A stretch of 64,000 nt of DNA from Tardiphaga sp. (GCF_044340795.1 NZ_JBIISY010000003.1:1471-65470), one strand, 5' to 3'. Positions 50,023-61,149 are shown, counted from the first letter of the stretch. Notes: generated from the letters alone by a model not told the origin. Numbers and translations: made by a program.

Positions 50023-51345
50023 CTACTTCGCAGGACCAAAGAACAGGTTCGGGAAATACAGCGCGATGTCTGGATACAAGATGATGATGAGAACTCCGAG
50101 CATCGTTACAAGCACATATGGGATGACCGACCAATAAATGTCGCTCATCGTAACTTCGGGCGGCGCAACGCTCTTTAAGTAGAATAAGTTAAAGCCGAAT
50201 GGTGGTGTCATATATCCAATCTCCATCATGATGATGAAGATCACGCCGAACCAGATTGCGTCAAAACCATACGATTGGATCACGGGCAGGAACACCGGCA
50301 ACGTGATCAACATGATGCCGACTGGGTCCAACACCATTCCGAGGATCAGCAGCACGACCAGCATGAACGCCAGTGAGCCCCACTTTCCGCCGGGCACGAG
50401 GGTCATCAGCTGGTTCATGAGTTCATTGGCCCCGAGTGTCGTATAGGCTGTCGAGAAGGCATGCGCCGCGAACAGGATCCACATCACCAGCGCGGTGAGA
50501 CGCAATGTCTGGATCGCAGCGTCACTCAGCACCTCCGCCGTCAATTTGCGGTGGACCGCAGAGGCCACCAGGGCGCCGAAAACACCGAGCGCAGCCGCCT
50601 CGGTAGGCGTCGCAAAACCGCCGAAGATCGCACCAAGCACAAGGACCACGATGAACAACGGCAAAAACACCGCCTTCAGCGACTCCAGCTTCAAGCGCCA
50701 GTCGCCGCGCTCCTCCATCGGCAACGCCGGCGCAAGCGACGGCTGGAGCCAAGCACGAAGGCCGATATAGATCGACACAAGCGCGAACAGCAGAATTCCG
50801 GGCCCGATGCCCGATGCGAAAAGTCGTCCGACCGAGACCTCGGTCAACATCGCATAGAGCACCATTAGAATTGACGGCGGAATGAGAATTCCCCAGCCGC
50901 CACCGCAATTTATCGCCCCCACTGCCAAACGTTTGTCGTAGCCGCGCTCCAGCATCCGCGGTAACGCGATCGTGCCCATAGTAACCACCGCAGCTCCGCT
51001 AATGCCGCTCATCGCAGCGAATACCGCGCAGATTGCGACTGTTCCGATGGCGAGGCCGCCGCGGAACCCACCGAACCAGACATGCATCATCCGGTAGAGG
51101 TTGTTGGCGACGCCGGACTTCTCCAGCAGCATCGCCATGAACACATACATCGGGATGGCGATGAGCGTGAAGCTCATCATCGAGTCCCAGAACTTGGAGG
51201 CGACGATATAGAAGCCCACCGGCCCCATCGTGAAATACAAGAAGATGCAGGAAATGCCGCCCAGGGTGAAGACGAGCGGAGTTCCGACGAAAAGGAAGAA
51301 TAGCAGAGAGCCGAAGAACAGCAGTGTGAGAAGCTCGACTGACAC
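50023..51345 (-). CDS. dctM: TRAP transporter large permease
   Basis: LIAIPMYVFM, GILIPPS, GFATPTEAA, TPPFGFNLF. Confidence 0.93.
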   Translation of the reverse strand: MSVELLTLLFFGSLLFFLFVGTPLVFTLGGISCIFLYFTMGPVGFYIVASKFWDSMMSFTLIAIPMYVFMAMLLEKSGVANNLYRMMHVWFGGFRGGLAIGTVAICAVFAAMSGISGAAVVTMGTIALPRMLERGYDKRLAVGAINCGGGWGILIPPSILMVLYAMLTEVSVGRLFASGIGPGILLFALVSIYIGLRAWLQPSLAPALPMEERGDWRLKLESLKAVFLPLFIVVLVLGAIFGGFATPTEAAALGVFGALVASAVHRKLTAEVLSDAAIQTLRLTALVMWILFAAHAFSTAYTTLGANELMNQLMTLVPGGKWGSLAFMLVVLLILGMVLDPVGIMLITLPVFLPVIQSYGFDAIWFGVIFIIMMEIGYMTPPFGFNLFYLKSVAPPEVTMSDIYWSVIPYVLVTMLGVLIIILYPDIALYFPNLFFGPAK

Positions 51346-51360
51346 GATGGGTCCGTTCGT

Positions 51361-51903
51361 TCAATGAGTGGGTTCGTCGGAGGCCTGCTTGCCGAATGTG
51401 GCCGGATCGTTCTCTGCCCCATTCACGGTGCGGATGTCCGACACCGTTCGCACGATGCCCTGCAAAAGCAGAAGAATGCCGGCCACCGGAATGACCATCT
51501 TGACGGGCCAGATATACGGATCCCAGATACTCGACGACGTCTCGCGCTGCGCCACCGATTCCCAGGCCATATCGATCCCCTGATAGACCAGCACGCCCAT
51601 GAAGATGTAAAACAGGAACGAGGTCGCGAGATCGACGATGGCCTTCTTCACGCGATTAAAGCGGCCATAGATGATGTCGACATTGACATGCGCGCGTTCG
51701 ACCAACAGATAGCCGCCCGCGATGACGGCATAGACGCCGAAAATGAGCTGGGCGAATTCCGCCGTCCAGATCGCGGCCCGACCGACCACATAGCGCATGA
51801 CGACGTCGGCGAGCAGAAGGACGAACATCGGCACGATCAGCCATGAGGCAACCCGTCCGATCACCGCATTAAGCGATGTCACAGCTCTGGCCAGTTTCAG
51901 CAT
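51361..51903 (-). CDS. dctQ: TRAP transporter small permease
   Basis: 4 TM helices; HVNVDI motif. Confidence 0.88.
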   Translation of the reverse strand: MLKLARAVTSLNAVIGRVASWLIVPMFVLLLADVVMRYVVGRAAIWTAEFAQLIFGVYAVIAGGYLLVERAHVNVDIIYGRFNRVKKAIVDLATSFLFYIFMGVLVYQGIDMAWESVAQRETSSSIWDPYIWPVKMVIPVAGILLLLQGIVRTVSDIRTVNGAENDPATFGKQASDEPTH

Positions 51904-52008
51904 CTCGTCATCCGAACCTCTTGAGCGGCAGCGGGGACGCGGATCGAACCCGCCTCCCCCTGCGCGCAGTCGCACATGCTCGTGGTGATCTCACCGGCCG
52001 GTTCGATG

Positions 52009-53052
52009 TCAGACGTAACCGAGGTCGCCCCTCAGCTTGTTCATCGCCTCGGCGCCCGCCGCCGCAATGGGCCCCTTGTCGATCTCTTTCTGCATGATGA
52101 CCTTCGAGGCTTCGGAAAGTTTCTTCAGAACGTCATCGGGAAAACGGACGACCTCGACATTCATCTTTGCCCGGCCCGTGCTCAGGGCCACAGCTTCCTG
52201 CTGTAGGTATTCGATCGTCCGCCGGTAATAGCGCTCCTCAACGAGGGACGTCAGGATGAGCCGAAGATCGGCTGGAAGCTTGTTCAGAGCCGCGAGATTG
52301 AAGACATAGACGTCGTTCGTGAAGCCGAGTGCAGGCTTCATGTGAAATGGCGCGACTTCCCAGAACTTCATCGACAACGCACCGACCGCAGCGCCCCAAT
52401 GGGCACCATCGACCACCCCCGTCGACATCGCCTGATAGATCTCGGGCCCGGCGACTTGCTGCGGCGCCATGCCTGCTGCGGCAAGATATTCAAGCATCGT
52501 CCCCGCAGAGCGAACCTTTAACGAGCCAAGATCCGCGACCGACGTGATCTTTTTCTTCAACACGATCTCTGTCGGATAAGCCTTGTCGCCGAGCATCATC
52601 ACACCTTTCGGCTGCAGCTCGTCATTCACCATCCTCTCGATGCCGAGATTTTTGGTGACATGCATCATTTCCCAGCTCTCGCGCAGCGCACCCGGGACGC
52701 CGTAATATAGGCCCATCGCCTGCGCCTCGCCGAGCACATAGCCGGGCGAGATCGTCCCCATCGGCACGACGCCGCGGCGCACGATATTGTAGATCTCGCG
52801 ATCCTTGGCGATCTCGCCGGCACCGAACAATTCGAGCTTGAAGCGGCCGCCGGTTCGCTGCTCAAGCTCCTTCTGCAACACGACGAGACTGTCGTTGTAA
52901 GACCCCGACGCCTTTGGCCAATGCGCCTGTACCTTCCAGGACACTTTCTCTTGAGCGTTGGCCGAGCTTACAATCGCAGGCATTGCCAATGCCGCTGCCA
53001 GCGATCCCCCCACAAGGTTACGTCGGTTGATCGTCTTGCCATGATCGGGCAT
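52009..53052 (-). CDS. dctP: TRAP substrate-binding protein with Tat-like signal
   Basis: NRRNLV; LKVRSAG; EIYQAMSTGVVDGA. Confidence 0.9.
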   Translation of the reverse strand: MPDHGKTINRRNLVGGSLAAALAMPAIVSSANAQEKVSWKVQAHWPKASGSYNDSLVVLQKELEQRTGGRFKLELFGAGEIAKDREIYNIVRRGVVPMGTISPGYVLGEAQAMGLYYGVPGALRESWEMMHVTKNLGIERMVNDELQPKGVMMLGDKAYPTEIVLKKKITSVADLGSLKVRSAGTMLEYLAAAGMAPQQVAGPEIYQAMSTGVVDGAHWGAAVGALSMKFWEVAPFHMKPALGFTNDVYVFNLAALNKLPADLRLILTSLVEERYYRRTIEYLQQEAVALSTGRAKMNVEVVRFPDDVLKKLSEASKVIMQKEIDKGPIAAAGAEAMNKLRGDLGYV

Positions 53053-53479
53053 CGAGGCGTCCTCCTGAATTTCTCGTCGAGCGAGATATGTTTATTTTTC
53101 GAAATCAGATCATGCGATCCAAGGCGAAGTCAACATATTGACCAATGAGATAACTTCTCTCTCGCTGGCAGGATCGATAATTGCTGCGAGGTTTGGCGTG
53201 CATGCGCTGATACACCGCACCGAACGTCGATCTATGTTGCCTCACCTTGGAAGGATGTGTCGGCTGCGAGTTCATGCTGCGTTGCCAGCAAAATCGCTGC
53301 AGGTCCGGTTCAGCCAGTCACAGATCAACTGAGCCTCTCCTCGCAGGATGGCATCGCCCTGCCCTTGGATAACCGGCACGACCGTGTCGCTTTCCTTGTC
53401 CCGTATCTTCCAGCAATCGGCTTGACGAAGCACCTCAAACCGATCGTGCGGCTGCAGAATGTGCTGATGGTCGACGACT

Positions 53480-56008
53480 CTATCCACTCGCACCCTCGCT
53501 CTTGGAGTCAGGTTTTCCCGCCTGGTGAAAGATCGCCTCGATCCGATCGAGGTCGCGCAGTCGGAGATCGCGCTGCGCGAACGGGATCTCGATGCCTTCG
53601 CGCCGGAATCGTTTCAAGATCTCCAGCCGGACGTCGTTGGCGACGCCCGCATCGGTGCTGATATTGCCGACATGGAAGAACACGGTGAATTCCAGCGCAT
53701 CAGCGCCGAAATTGCCAAGGATGGCGAATGGCTCGGGTATCTTCAGCGCCCGCTCATGCTGGCTGACGATATCAAGCAGAGTTGCAATGACCTGGTCGGG
53801 ATCCGTGTCGTAGGCGGTGCGCACCATGACCGACAGGCGCGCCGTATAGCTGCCGTGCATCCAGTTGACGACCTGGCCGCTGATGAGATCGGCATTGGGG
53901 ACGATGACTGAGACATTGTCATAGGTCGCGATCTCGGTGGCACGGACATTGATGCGTTTGACAACGCCCATGCGGGCACCAACCTCGATCCGGTCCCCAA
54001 CCTTGATCGGTCGCTCGACCAATAGGATCAGTCCCGAGACAAAGTTGTTGATGATGGACTGCAGACCGAACCCGATACCGACAGACAGCGCGCCCGCGAC
54101 GATCGCGATATTCTGCAGGTTGAGGCCGACATATGAAAGCGCGACAATCACGGCCAGGATGATGCCGAGATAGCCGACGCCGGTACGGATCGAGCTGCGG
54201 ACGCCGAGATCCAGATTGGTTTCCGGAAGGAAACGGCCATCGAGCCATCGTTGCAACGCCCTTGTCGCTGCCATGCCGACGATCAGAACGACGATGGCAC
54301 CGAGAATGGCCGAAGGCGAGATGGTGAATTGCCCTATCGAGAAGCCGAAGAACGCCGACGAGACGGAGCCGAGAACATCATCGGAGTTGATTCCCCATGT
54401 GGCCAGCACTGTGAACGCGGCCAGGCCGATCAGGGCCAGTTGCAGAACTCCACTGATGAGCGTGGCGATCTGACGGACCGCCGCATTCCCCAGACCGGCA
54501 GTCTGCCGGAGAAACCGTCCTGTCCGCCCCTGGAAGGCGAAGGTTGCGCTGACGAGCGCATCGCTGAGCTGACTCAGCAGGATCAGGCTCATCAGCACCG
54601 CGCAGATGATCGTCATTTCCCCGGTCACGAAGCGCGCAAAGGCCACATATCCGCTTATGGCGGCCAGGACCGTGGCCATGGCTGCCAGCCATCCGAGCGG
54701 AATGAGTAGCCGCCATGCCGAGCGACCGCGAAGATCCGCAACGGCTGTTTCATCCTCATCGGTCGTGGTCGGCGCAAATGCACGCAACACCGCGATAAAC
54801 AGGACGGCCTTGATCAAAGCAATGCTGGCCTGGCTAAAGGTCAGCAGCGCGGTCGGTGCCGAGATCGTTCGATTGGTCGCGTCGATGAGCACGCCGGCGG
54901 CAGCGGCAAAACCAAGCAGGACGGCCAACGGTACGACTCCCTCGGCGACTGCATCTTCGATTTTGATCAATCGCCATGATGGGCGTCCCGGTGCCAGCAC
55001 GGCGGTCGCAAGACTGGAGAAGAATGCTGCAAACGTCGTTCCCACGAAAAGTGCGCGGACGATCCCCGCAACATCGAGTGGCAGCACAGCAAGCGCAATC
55101 AAGGCGTGATAAAGTACAAGAAGCGCGACACCAGGAATCACAGTGCCAACGAAAACAATTGCCGCCGCACTGCCTGGCTTGCGCAATTCCGGCGGAGCGA
55201 CGACTTGCTGGTCGCGCGACGTCCAGCGCAACTGCCAACGACGGCCGGGCGGAAGGAAAAATCCCAAGACAACAATAGCCGCGATCGCAACGCCCGAGAA
55301 AGCACGCAATGGCTGCGACGCGAGACTGTCGACCCAGCGCGACACAAGCTCGCGCAGTCGCGATACGGTGTCGGGAATGGTCGCGGCGAGGTCCAGCCAG
55401 AATGAGGGGTTTAGAACGCTGGGCGAGCGTTCTGTAACTGAATCTGTGAAAATTGCGCGGCGTCGGTCCGAGATGGCGTCAGCGACTTGCTGCGCGCGCA
55501 CGTTCAGCAGTCTGGCCTGTTGAACGATGCCTTGCTGCGCCACTTTCTGCGCCACAAGCTTGGCGCGCTCCAGCTTGATGTCATCGGACTGCGATGCCGC
55601 ATCCGCAGCGCTCGGCGCCAACTCCGCAGCGCGTTGCGTAACTTCGTCAAGCTTTGGCGTCATTTCACCGATGAGTTCGCGGACACCTGCTTGAACGAGA
55701 CCAGCGCGATCGCGCAGGTCGTCGAGCGTTGTCTCGGAAATCACGCGAAATCGGAGCGCCTGCTCCGCTGTATCCAATGTCTCCTTCCAGAAATTCAACT
55801 TGCCTTGAGCATCGGGAAACACCGGCGCTGGAACTGTCGGAAGATCTTCGTCCCGTTTTGGAGCGACCGCTTCCTCAGCCGAGGTTGTAGGTGCGGCTTG
55901 TGAGTCGCCCGGCGCGGCAGCGGCTGGAGAGACTCTGCCATCTAACCCAAAGGGCGATGGCGATACAATCAGAAGGACCGCAATTACAGCGAGCCGCAAA
56001 AGCTTCAT
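53480..56008 (-). CDS. Large MscS-family mechanosensitive channel (DUF3772-like N-terminus)
   Basis: GALSVGIGFGLQSIINNFVSGLILLVERPIKVGD, IVPNADL. Confidence 0.92.
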   Translation of the reverse strand: MKLLRLAVIAVLLIVSPSPFGLDGRVSPAAAAPGDSQAAPTTSAEEAVAPKRDEDLPTVPAPVFPDAQGKLNFWKETLDTAEQALRFRVISETTLDDLRDRAGLVQAGVRELIGEMTPKLDEVTQRAAELAPSAADAASQSDDIKLERAKLVAQKVAQQGIVQQARLLNVRAQQVADAISDRRRAIFTDSVTERSPSVLNPSFWLDLAATIPDTVSRLRELVSRWVDSLASQPLRAFSGVAIAAIVVLGFFLPPGRRWQLRWTSRDQQVVAPPELRKPGSAAAIVFVGTVIPGVALLVLYHALIALAVLPLDVAGIVRALFVGTTFAAFFSSLATAVLAPGRPSWRLIKIEDAVAEGVVPLAVLLGFAAAAGVLIDATNRTISAPTALLTFSQASIALIKAVLFIAVLRAFAPTTTDEDETAVADLRGRSAWRLLIPLGWLAAMATVLAAISGYVAFARFVTGEMTIICAVLMSLILLSQLSDALVSATFAFQGRTGRFLRQTAGLGNAAVRQIATLISGVLQLALIGLAAFTVLATWGINSDDVLGSVSSAFFGFSIGQFTISPSAILGAIVVLIVGMAATRALQRWLDGRFLPETNLDLGVRSSIRTGVGYLGIILAVIVALSYVGLNLQNIAIVAGALSVGIGFGLQSIINNFVSGLILLVERPIKVGDRIEVGARMGVVKRINVRATEIATYDNVSVIVPNADLISGQVVNWMHGSYTARLSVMVRTAYDTDPDQVIATLLDIVSQHERALKIPEPFAILGNFGADALEFTVFFHVGNISTDAGVANDVRLEILKRFRREGIEIPFAQRDLRLRDLDRIEAIFHQAGKPDSKSEGASG

Positions 56009-56517
56009 GGGTGATCCAAAGGCTTGGAGGTTCTAAATACGCGAGCCGGGATCAACGGAGCATGGCTTTTTGACGATTGATGGGTGCTCGCCCCCGGCGC
56101 GAAGAAGGTTGACGGCGCCTGTTGACGCAAAATGTTCCGCCGGCTGCCTGCCTCGCCACTTGGCGGAATCGCTCAATTATCCCGAATGCAGCGCTTGCGG
56201 TCCGACGTGCCGCCTCCTCGACCATTGCGTCGATAGTTGCCCTGATCTTTGTGGCACTATCCCAAGTCCCTTCAGTCCTTTTCATATTCCCTCCTCATCG
56301 CTTCAAGCTCAAATCAGCAAGAACGGTAACAATGTGATCAGTGTTAAAATTGCGAGCACCACTACAACTGCCTCTCGGTTGCTCTCCTGCTTATTACTCA
56401 TTCGAAGATCATGTACGTTGATGCGATTGTCATTACCCGCCTCGCGAGATGATTCTATTGTCATTGAAGCGAGGGTCTTAGCGGCCGTGTTTCGCTTTGC
56501 ATCACTCATGATTGCAT

Positions 56518-57360
56518 CTAAGCAGGCTCGATCAGCAGGGACGACCTGCGCTTAGTTTGCGAAATTTCAACGGCACGAAGTTCTTCACACCAACTTTGCG
56601 TCTGAGTAGAGATAGGAGATTTTGAGTTTCCGGCTCTCAACAGCCGATGGCAAGCGCAAGAGGTCGCTTCGAGTCCCTTGCGATTTTCAATAAGTATGGC
56701 GCCCCTACTTCGCCGAATGAGACCGACCTGCTCCATACGACCCATCTCAGTGGTGACACCTGCGCGTCGGACTGCAATTGCTCGGCTTAATCCGTCATGG
56801 GTGATGTCGATACGATCTGCTCCTAATCGGGAGCTCGCGACGAGGAGCCAGCGGGCGAGACGCTGTCTAAGGTTATGTTTTGTATTGCATGCGATCAGTT
56901 GCGACGCATGCACGGCCACCTCATGGGAATAACGTAGCAGGAGCTTTTGAAACTCCGGCTGCGCCGCAAGCATCTCCTTAAATATCCTTGCATCGATGCG
57001 AAGTGCGATTCCGGGAGCCCGCACAATACATCGGTGAGGAGACACTTCGACACCGTGTAATAGCGGCAAGCCGACAAAATCGTGGACACCGAGAGTCTGG
57101 ACTTCGACTGTCGAGCGCCCCTCATCGGCCTTGGCCACCATCGAAGCCATGCCGCTCTCGATCAGATAAGCGTTCTGTAGCTGAACATTCCGCTCTTGAA
57201 GCACCTGACGTGTCTCCAGCGGCGTCGGTTCCGCGTGACGTAAGATGATCGCCCGACCGGCCACCGAAAGACGTGCGAGAAGTTTATTGTTACAGAGCGC
57301 CGGGACGCTCTCGTGAGCGACATTCGGCTGGTAGTGACGTGCATCATCGAAAGCGAGCAT
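56518..57360 (-). CDS. Crp/Fnr family transcriptional regulator
   Basis: NKLLARL, YLIESGMAS, QRLARWLL, ITHDGLSRAIAVRRAGVT HTH. Confidence 0.88.
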   Translation of the reverse strand: MLAFDDARHYQPNVAHESVPALCNNKLLARLSVAGRAIILRHAEPTPLETRQVLQERNVQLQNAYLIESGMASMVAKADEGRSTVEVQTLGVHDFVGLPLLHGVEVSPHRCIVRAPGIALRIDARIFKEMLAAQPEFQKLLLRYSHEVAVHASQLIACNTKHNLRQRLARWLLVASSRLGADRIDITHDGLSRAIAVRRAGVTTEMGRMEQVGLIRRSRGAILIENRKGLEATSCACHRLLRAGNSKSPISTQTQSWCEELRAVEISQTKRRSSLLIEPA

Positions 57361-57461
57361 CGGATTCCTTCGCTTCAAGGCAAAGATGGTGATCTAAGCC
57401 TTCAAAACATGAACCTAAGCGCCGAAATGATGCCTGCCAGTCAGGCGCAGCGCGCCTCTGG

Positions 57462-57478
57462 GTCGGGGAAATCCTGAC
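57462..57478. promoter_or_regulatory. Palindromic regulator site GTCGGGGAAATCCTGAC
   Basis: One of three copies sharing GGRAAATCCTGACA; lies between divergent crp and HK. Confidence 0.6.
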
Positions 57479-57563
57479 AATCGAGCGCGGTGACATCTAT
57501 CGCAGCGCGAATTGCTTATCCCAAGCGTATCGCTAACGTCGTCGGGCCGATCAAAGGGACATC

Positions 57564-59588
57564 ATGGCCTCTCACTCACACTTTGCTCGCCATTCATTAA
57601 TTCTGCTCGTCATGGCGGCGGCAATTCCATTGCTGGTGTTTGGGGGCTGGGTGATATTTCTCAGCGCGCGTGAGGAGCGCACGGCGTCGTTGAACGCAGC
57701 GTTCGATACGCTTGATCGTGTTGTGACGCGGGTCTCTTCGGAACTCGTGACGCAGATCGAGGTCGCCGAAACTCTCGCAGCATCCGCTTCACTCGACCAA
57801 CCGGACCTTCCTATGTTCTACCGTGAGGCTAAGCGTCTCAAGGACGCCCGTCCGTTGTGGGAGACCATCGAGCTTGTGGACCGTGATGGCAGCCAGGTAC
57901 TGAACCTCCTTAGACCCATGGGCTCCGAACTTGGTGCGACCGCCGATCGCGACAATTTCGACAAGGTCATGGAAACAAAAAAGGCTGCCATCGGTGGGAT
58001 CGGGCCGCTGGGACCGATTTCAGGAAAGCGACTTATCGCGCTCCGTGCCCCTGTGGAGCGTGGTGGTAAGATCAACTACGTTCTTACCGTTGCGCTCGTG
58101 CCGGACGCTGTCAGTCAGATCCTCCGCAGCGCGGGAGCACCGAAGGGATGGGTTGGCGAAGTCGTGGACGCCAAAGGCAACATCGTCGCACGCACGATGG
58201 CTAAGCATTTTGAGCTCGGGAGCGCTGCCAGCCCTTCAGTCCGAGCCGCTATCGAGCGCGCCCCGGAAGGCTCATATGTAGGCCACTCGCTGGAGGGGAT
58301 CGAGGTGGATACGATCTATCGCACCTTGCCCGGCACCGGTGGTTGGTCAGTCCATTTCGGTATCCCATCCGACGCGTTAAATGCGCCGGTGAAGCGATCA
58401 GGATATCTGCTTGCTGCAGGTGGAACCGTTAGTCTCTGTCTTGCCGTCATACTTGCGTGGCTAACAGGCCGTGATATCGCTCAAAGGAGACGTGATCAGG
58501 AGGCCAAAGCGGCGCTTGAGCTCGGTCTGAGCGAAGAGCGGCGACGACTGGCCATCGACACCGCCGCGATGGGCGTGTTCAATTGGAACACGCAAGGTAG
58601 TCACGTGGTGGCCTCCACGCGATCGCGAGATTTACTCAATCTGCCTGACGCTCCGCAGCTCGGTAGCGATCGACGCTACAGTCGGGAAGCATTTTTGAAC
58701 GGTGTTGCGCCCGCCGATCGAGCTATCGTCGCGGGTGCATTCGACCAATGCTTTACGGACGGATTGGTCGATGTCGAGTTTCGAACAGTCTCGGCTGGCG
58801 GCGAACTCCAATGGCGTCGCGCTACAGGGCGACCATCGCAGATCGACACCACGCGAACCGTCCTCGGCGTCATCATCGATATTGATGCGGGGAAAAGAGC
58901 TGAAGCTGAACGCCAGCAACTGCTGTTGAGGCTGGCCCAGGCAGAGGAAAACGAACGCCGCCGGATCGCGCGTGAACTACATGATCAGATCGGTCAGAGC
59001 GTGACAGGACTACTTCTCGGGCTCAAGAACCTTGAGCAGTCGATCGAAACAGGTGACGGCAAGCCGGGATATGACCGCATCGCTTGGTTGCGGGAACTCG
59101 CCAACGACATTGGCCGCGACATCCATCGCGTTGCGGCAGATCTGAGACCAACTGCGCTCGATGATCTCGGCTTGTATGACGCCTTGCGTGCGCTTGCGGC
59201 GGAATGGAGCACACGTTTCGACATCGTGCTCGATCTGCAGATCTCTGGTGAGGTCTCCAGAGTGCCATCCGACATCGAGATTGTCGTCTACCGGGTGGTT
59301 CAGGAGGCGTTGACCAATATCCTCAAGCATGCGAGGGCCAAGAATGTCAGCCTCTTGATCGACAGGCGGGCGACAGAGCTGCGGATCATCGTCGAGGATG
59401 ACGGGATTGGGTTCAATCCCATCTCCTCGGAGCCTGTAGGTCAACCTCTGCCGGTGAGGCTCGGTCTTTCGGGAATGCGCGAACGTTTGAGCCTGATTTC
59501 GGGAACCATGACCATCGAATCCGAACCAAACGCGGGAACGACCATATTCATCGCAATTTCGCTTATCACTGCAGCAGGTCCGACATGA
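57564..59588 (+). CDS. Sensor histidine kinase (Cache-like, PAS, HisKA_3, HATPase)
   Basis: 2 TM helices; RIARELHDQIGQ; VQEALTN; EDDGIGF; LGLSGMRER. Confidence 0.92.
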   Translation: MASHSHFARHSLILLVMAAAIPLLVFGGWVIFLSAREERTASLNAAFDTLDRVVTRVSSELVTQIEVAETLAASASLDQPDLPMFYREAKRLKDARPLWETIELVDRDGSQVLNLLRPMGSELGATADRDNFDKVMETKKAAIGGIGPLGPISGKRLIALRAPVERGGKINYVLTVALVPDAVSQILRSAGAPKGWVGEVVDAKGNIVARTMAKHFELGSAASPSVRAAIERAPEGSYVGHSLEGIEVDTIYRTLPGTGGWSVHFGIPSDALNAPVKRSGYLLAAGGTVSLCLAVILAWLTGRDIAQRRRDQEAKAALELGLSEERRRLAIDTAAMGVFNWNTQGSHVVASTRSRDLLNLPDAPQLGSDRRYSREAFLNGVAPADRAIVAGAFDQCFTDGLVDVEFRTVSAGGELQWRRATGRPSQIDTTRTVLGVIIDIDAGKRAEAERQQLLLRLAQAEENERRRIARELHDQIGQSVTGLLLGLKNLEQSIETGDGKPGYDRIAWLRELANDIGRDIHRVAADLRPTALDDLGLYDALRALAAEWSTRFDIVLDLQISGEVSRVPSDIEIVVYRVVQEALTNILKHARAKNVSLLIDRRATELRIIVEDDGIGFNPISSEPVGQPLPVRLGLSGMRERLSLISGTMTIESEPNAGTTIFIAISLITAAGPT

Positions 59589-60244
59589 GCGTCATCCGAA
59601 TCACTCTGGCCGATGATCACCCGGTGGTCTTGGCAGGGATCAAGGCTCTCTTGGATAATGTCAGCGATATTGATGTCGTGGGCGAAGCGACAACAGGAAC
59701 CGACGCGCTCCAGCTCATCAGCGACCGCAAGCCCGACATCGCGGTCATCGACATATCGTTGCCAGAGATCAACGGCCTGGAATTGGCAAAGCAAGTTGCG
59801 GAAAAAGTACCGAGCGTCAAATTGCTCGCACTTACCGTTCACGAAGATCGTGCCTATGTCCAGCCGTTGCTCAAGGCCGGAGCTAAGGGATATCTCCTCA
59901 AGCGCTCTGCTGCGGACGAACTGATCCGTGCCATCCGTGCCATCGACGGTGGCGGCGTCTACCTCGATCCAGCAATCGCAGGCAAAGCAATCCCTGATCT
60001 ACCCGGCGACAGCGGCGGTCTTGGTAAGATTGCGGCGGCGGAGCTAAGCCATCGCGAGACCGAAGTCCTTCAGTTGATATCTCAAGGACTCAGCAACAAG
60101 GAGATCGGAGGCCGTCTGGAGATCAGCGTCAAGACCGTAGAGACTCACAAGGCGCGCGCCCTGGAGAAACTTGGCTTGCGCACGCGGGCGGAAATCGTCC
60201 GATACGGGATTGCTCATAGGTGGCTGGACAACCTGAGCGAATAG
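59585..60244 (+). CDS. NarL/LuxR response regulator
   Basis: ADDHPVV, VIDISLP, GYLLK, LSHRETEVL, ISVKTVETH. Confidence 0.95.
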   Translation: MSVIRITLADDHPVVLAGIKALLDNVSDIDVVGEATTGTDALQLISDRKPDIAVIDISLPEINGLELAKQVAEKVPSVKLLALTVHEDRAYVQPLLKAGAKGYLLKRSAADELIRAIRAIDGGGVYLDPAIAGKAIPDLPGDSGGLGKIAAAELSHRETEVLQLISQGLSNKEIGGRLEISVKTVETHKARALEKLGLRTRAEIVRYGIAHRWLDNLSE

Positions 60245-60348
60245 CCAACGCAACATAGTGTACGCCAGCGTACCGGCTTTATCTGAAACTCTTAATGTCT
60301 CCGGGGTTTGTCGTCGCGTCAATCGGCACACAGACAGGAGACATCGGC

Positions 60349-60729
60349 ATGAGATCAACCTTGGTATTCGCAGCCACTTTGCTGGCCGCCTCAAACGCCT
60401 TCCCAAGTGCCGGGCCAGCGTCAGCCGCGCCCCTTCTGGCACAGGCTGCACACGCGGACCGGAACGACAACGTCGTCGATATCCGCTGGAGGGGGCGTGG
60501 ATGGCATCATGGGCATCGTGGGTGGCGCCACGGTTATTACAATCGGGGCCCAGGATGGGGACCGGCCCTCGGCGGCCTTGCTGCAGGAGCGATCATTGGT
60601 GGAGCGATTGCAAATAGCAACGCGCGAGCGGCCAACGACGAGGCTTACTGCATGAACCGCTACAAGTCGTACGATCCGGGCTCTGGCACCTATTTGGGAT
60701 ACGATGGCAACCGGCATCCGTGCCCGTAG
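60349..60729 (+). CDS. BA14K family protein
   Basis: Signal peptide; YCMNRYKSYDPGSGTYLGYDGNRHPCP. Confidence 0.92.
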   Translation: MRSTLVFAATLLAASNAFPSAGPASAAPLLAQAAHADRNDNVVDIRWRGRGWHHGHRGWRHGYYNRGPGWGPALGGLAAGAIIGGAIANSNARAANDEAYCMNRYKSYDPGSGTYLGYDGNRHPCP

Positions 60730-60751
60730 GCAGCATTCGCTTGAGCCGCCC

Positions 60752-60780
60752 GGGGATGTCAGGAAAATCCTGACATCCCC
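60752..60780. promoter_or_regulatory. Perfect 13-bp-arm palindrome containing the regulator site
   Basis: GGGGATGTCAGGA-AAA-TCCTGACATCCCC. Confidence 0.65.
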
Positions 60781-60858
60781 TCGCGCCGCCTGACTGGTGG
60801 TCAGCTCCTCAAAGCATCAACTTGGTCCCGATTGCTGAAGACGCCGATCGAGGGACAG

Positions 60859-61056
60859 ATGCACAATCCGCTGTTGCTGGGACTACTGCTCATGATGTCA
60901 GGCGCTGCGCTCGCCTATAGCGGCCTGCCGAACCGGTACGGACAAAGTCCTTTCTTCATGACGCGGAGCGGCCTTACCCTGATATATCCTGCCATCATTG
61001 CCTCGTTGCTGGCGATTGGGGCTGTCCAGATCGTGGCAGCCGTTGCTGCGCACTAA
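60859..61056 (+). CDS. Small two-TM hypothetical protein, 65 aa
   Basis: GAGGGA RBS; two hydrophobic helices. Confidence 0.55.
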   Translation: MHNPLLLGLLLMMSGAALAYSGLPNRYGQSPFFMTRSGLTLIYPAIIASLLAIGAVQIVAAVAAH

Positions 61057-61149
61057 CGCATCGTTCGCGCAAATATGGAAGGACCCGGACCTTTCAACGC
61101 TGATTTCCGCTCAGCAAGAGATCGGCGTTCGGGCTTTGAGGAAACGCTT

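Noticed and set aside
53272-53493. 73-aa ORF downstream of mscS
   Set aside because: Composition is plausible but there is no clear RBS or recognised motif; cannot support it.
53507-53523. Fourth copy of the GTCAGG...CCTGAC site
   Set aside because: Inside the mscS coding sequence (AGKPD codons) and a weaker match; likely chance. The same applies to GGATGTCAGGA near 63487 in the DUF2254-like gene.
56052-56509. Two small minus-strand ORFs between mscS and crp
   Set aside because: No recognisable family; could be remnants or a small membrane peptide, evidence insufficient.
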